Source: the human T2T-CHM13v2.0 reference genome, Homo sapiens
Reading direction: 5' to 3' (one strand)
Length of the DNA: 64,000 nt
Assembly (NCBI RefSeq): GCF_009914755.1
Contig: NC_060940.1
In this document: positions 60,631-64,000 of the stretch, in pieces
Numbering within the stretch: position 1 is the first letter of the stretch
How the letters are laid out: every line of letters starts with the position of its first letter
Notes under the pieces: generated by a model
Databases searched by the model: none
What the model was told of the DNA's origin: nothing
Seen by the model: the letters and a program-made list of their open reading frames with translations, nothing else
Made by a program: the position numbers and the translations under genes

Positions 60631-61468
60631 TAAAACCATAGTACTACTATTGAACCTAAAAACATTAACAATAATTTCAAACATCATCTAATATTCAGTT
60701 TGTATGCAAATTTCTCCATTTATCCCAAGAGTATTTTTTTCAAACCAAGGTTTAGTCACAATTCACGCATGGCATTTGTTGGTTTTCTTTAGATCTAGAA
60801 GAGTCTCCATCCTGCCTCCTTTTTTTTTTTGTTTAAATGAATTTAATGACATTAACATTTTCAGGAGTTCAGGACAGTTATTGTATGGATGTCTCACATT
60901 CTGGCATCTGATTGCTTCCTCATGGTATCATTTAATGTTTCTCTATCCCCCTCTTTCATGTGAAGCATGTGGCATCAGGTTGCCTTGCTTTGCTCTCAGT
61001 GACAGTAAATTAGATCACTTGGTTATCATGGGGACAGCCAGAGGTCTCAAATAGAACAGAGGAGGGTTATGTTCTCAAAAGTTTAGTTTAAAGAAAAAAG
61101 GCCCTCTCTCTCCTCATTGGCTATTTAAATTTAAATTAAATTAATTTATTTTTTGAGACAGGGTCTCGCTCTGTCACACAGGCTGGAGTGCAGTGGCGCA
61201 ATCTTGGCTCACTGCAATGTATGCCCCCAACCCAGGCTCAAGTAATCCTCCCACTTCAGCCTCCCAGGTAGTGGGGACCACAGGTGCACCCTGCCAGACC
61301 TGGGTGATTTTTTGTATTTTTAATAGAGACAGGGTCTCACCATGTTGCCCAGGATGGTCTCGAATTCCTGAGCTCAAGCGACCCACCCATCGCAGCCCAT
61401 CTCAGCCTCCCAAAGTGCTGGGATTACAGGCATGAGCCACCATGCCCAGTCCTATTTTACTTTTTTGA

Positions 61469-61669
<201 letters not shown>

Positions 61670-61766
61670 TGAACTCCTGGACTCAAGCAATCCATCCTCC
61701 TTGGTCTCCCAAAGTGCTGGGATTACAGGCATGAGCCACTGAGCCTGGCTGGCTGCTTTTAATTAA

Positions 61767-61904
<138 letters not shown>

Positions 61905-62267
61905 TGAAGACAAAATGTGTCTCAAGGTGTTGTATGATGGCTTCTGAGCCTTCAAATATATAATGATTCCACTGGAGACAATGAGTAGATAAACCAGATA
62001 GAAGAGCTAACTTGGATCCCTGAGATGAGACCATGGAGAGGAAAATTCAGGCTATCTCTCTGCCTTCTGTCCAAGGCCCATGGCAGTGTGACTGTCACGG
62101 GGGTAGAAATTAGCAACAAGAGGCCTTGGGTTCCTCCACTCTCCTGTTGAACATTATCAGTCCTCCAGGAAGGAGGAAAAAAAAGTGCCAACACTCCATT
62201 TATGAAACGATGACCTTTGAGGTATCAGGACAGGAATCAAGGAGCCTTCCGGAATGCTCATCCCTCA

Positions 62268-62594
<327 letters not shown>

Positions 62595-62999
62595 TTAAAA
62601 AGCAAAACAAAAAACAAATACAGTGAATGAGAAGTTAGACCAAGAGGAATTAGGACTCTTCCTAAACACAGGAAGTCAACAGGGAGATGATAAAAATGAC
62701 AGCTTATTAGGAACTCGGTAGGTGCCATTTACTTCTTTGCAAGAGTCCTCTGAAAAAGGTGCCATGATTACCCCTGTTTTGCAGGTAGGGAGACTGATGC
62801 TCAGGTTAGGTAGTTTGCTTCACGGTGCACAGCTCTCAGGGACTAGAACTGTGAATTAAACTCGGAGTGCCTGACCACACCCCCTCTTAATCCACGTGCT
62901 TAAAAACCCTATTGCCAGAGACTTAGGTACTGGATCTTGGCATAATAGAGGAGGGAGACCCTCCTTGACTTAAAAAAAAAAAAAAAAGCCCACAATAAT

Positions 63000-63210
63000 C
63001 AACACTTACGATTGCATAGTTTCAGGGGGCTAGATTTGGCAGCAGCTTAGCTGGGCAGCCTGGCCAGGGATCTCTCCCGAGGCTGCATTCAGGATGTGGA
63101 CTAAGCTGTAGGGTTAGGCTCTGCTGGGGCTGGAGCAGCTGCTTCCCAAGTGGCCACTCCCAGGGATGGCAAGAGGTGGCTGGGGGTTGAAAGGCCTCAG
63201 TTCCTTCCCA
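63000..63210 (-). mobile_element. MLT1-type MaLR LTR fragment
   Basis: atttggcagcagcttagctgggcag...tctcccgaggctgca...ggcctcagttcctt. Confidence 0.55.
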
Positions 63211-64000
63211 TACTCCTTGGCTTTTGAAGGAACTCGTTTCCTTTGGAAACTACAAGTGTTATTTTATAGAAACGTTTAGTACTCACCAAGGCCCTCAGTG
63301 GAACTGGCTGAAAATAGCAGCAGACTCACTCAGAAAAGAATTGGAGAGATCCATGGCAGGGAAGAGAGATTAAGGGAAGGTAGAGCGCTTAGGAGAGCTT
63401 GAAAACCCAAAGGGTAACTGGTTTCTATCTTATTATAATAGATCTTTGACTTGATCCAGAATTTTCTGCTAAGTTCTTAAAGGGTTGTATCTGTAGAGGG
63501 ATTTAGAGCAGTCTTTTTTGGGGGGGTGGGGGAAGGGGGGTTATCTCTAGAAAGTGCTGAAATTTACCTTAGTGTGCTTATGGAGACATTTATATATACT
63601 ATACCTTGTTCTAGAAGACAGGTAAGATAGCTTATAATCATGCAGTAGCAACTAAGAAATAAAACAAAGTGTTGGATTGGGTGGGGCGGGTGGGGAGGGA
63701 GGTTCAGATATGTGGTTTTGTAAGGTGTGGCGTGGACGGACCCCGTGGAAATCCTCATAAAGGCTGATTCCCTCTTGGTAATTATTAAACAGCCCTGAAC
63801 TGAAGGCCATAGCTCCTGGCTGGACTGAACTGAAGGGAACTGAAATATTCAGTGTGGACTAAACACTTAACTAGACAGAAGCTATTCAGCACAGCCAAGT
63901 TCAGTAGCAGGGTGGAGGGTGTGTATGCAGCAGTTTCTAGCCTGCCTAGGGCTTGGTGCTTCTGCCTCCAGTCAGCTTGTTCTGTTTTTCTGCTACAGTC

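Overview
Human (primate) genomic DNA from the 5' part of WWP2, the NEDD4-family C2-WW-HECT E3 ubiquitin ligase, on the + strand. The window holds the first three coding exons (11519-11603 with ATG at 11534, 23207-23354 and 23699-23820). These give 340 coding nt, covering most of the C2 domain, and all have canonical AG/GT sites. The rest is intronic, including more than 40 kb after the third coding exon. The promoter exon, the next coding exon and intronic miR-140 lie outside the window. The introns are very Alu-rich (about 90 Alu pieces by manual tally, roughly two thirds antisense). They also carry old L1/L2/MIR relics, DNA transposons (Charlie1, Tigger2a, MER47, MER3, MER33, MER5A, Tigger4), a complete solo LTR8-family LTR, MaLR LTRs and a Y4 RNA retropseudogene. 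Nearly all ORFs in the supplied track are Alu or simple-repeat artefacts. I see no new gene system. The best leads are regulatory: (1) a potential 270-nt exon circle whose back-splice junction creates a strong-Kozak AUG on a stop-free reading frame; (2) an out-of-frame ORF starting 5 nt upstream of the WWP2 start codon; (3) a GC-box/G-quadruplex element at the end of the long intron that may mark an internal promoter. Repeat family names come from recalled consensus sequences, and repeat boundaries are approximate.
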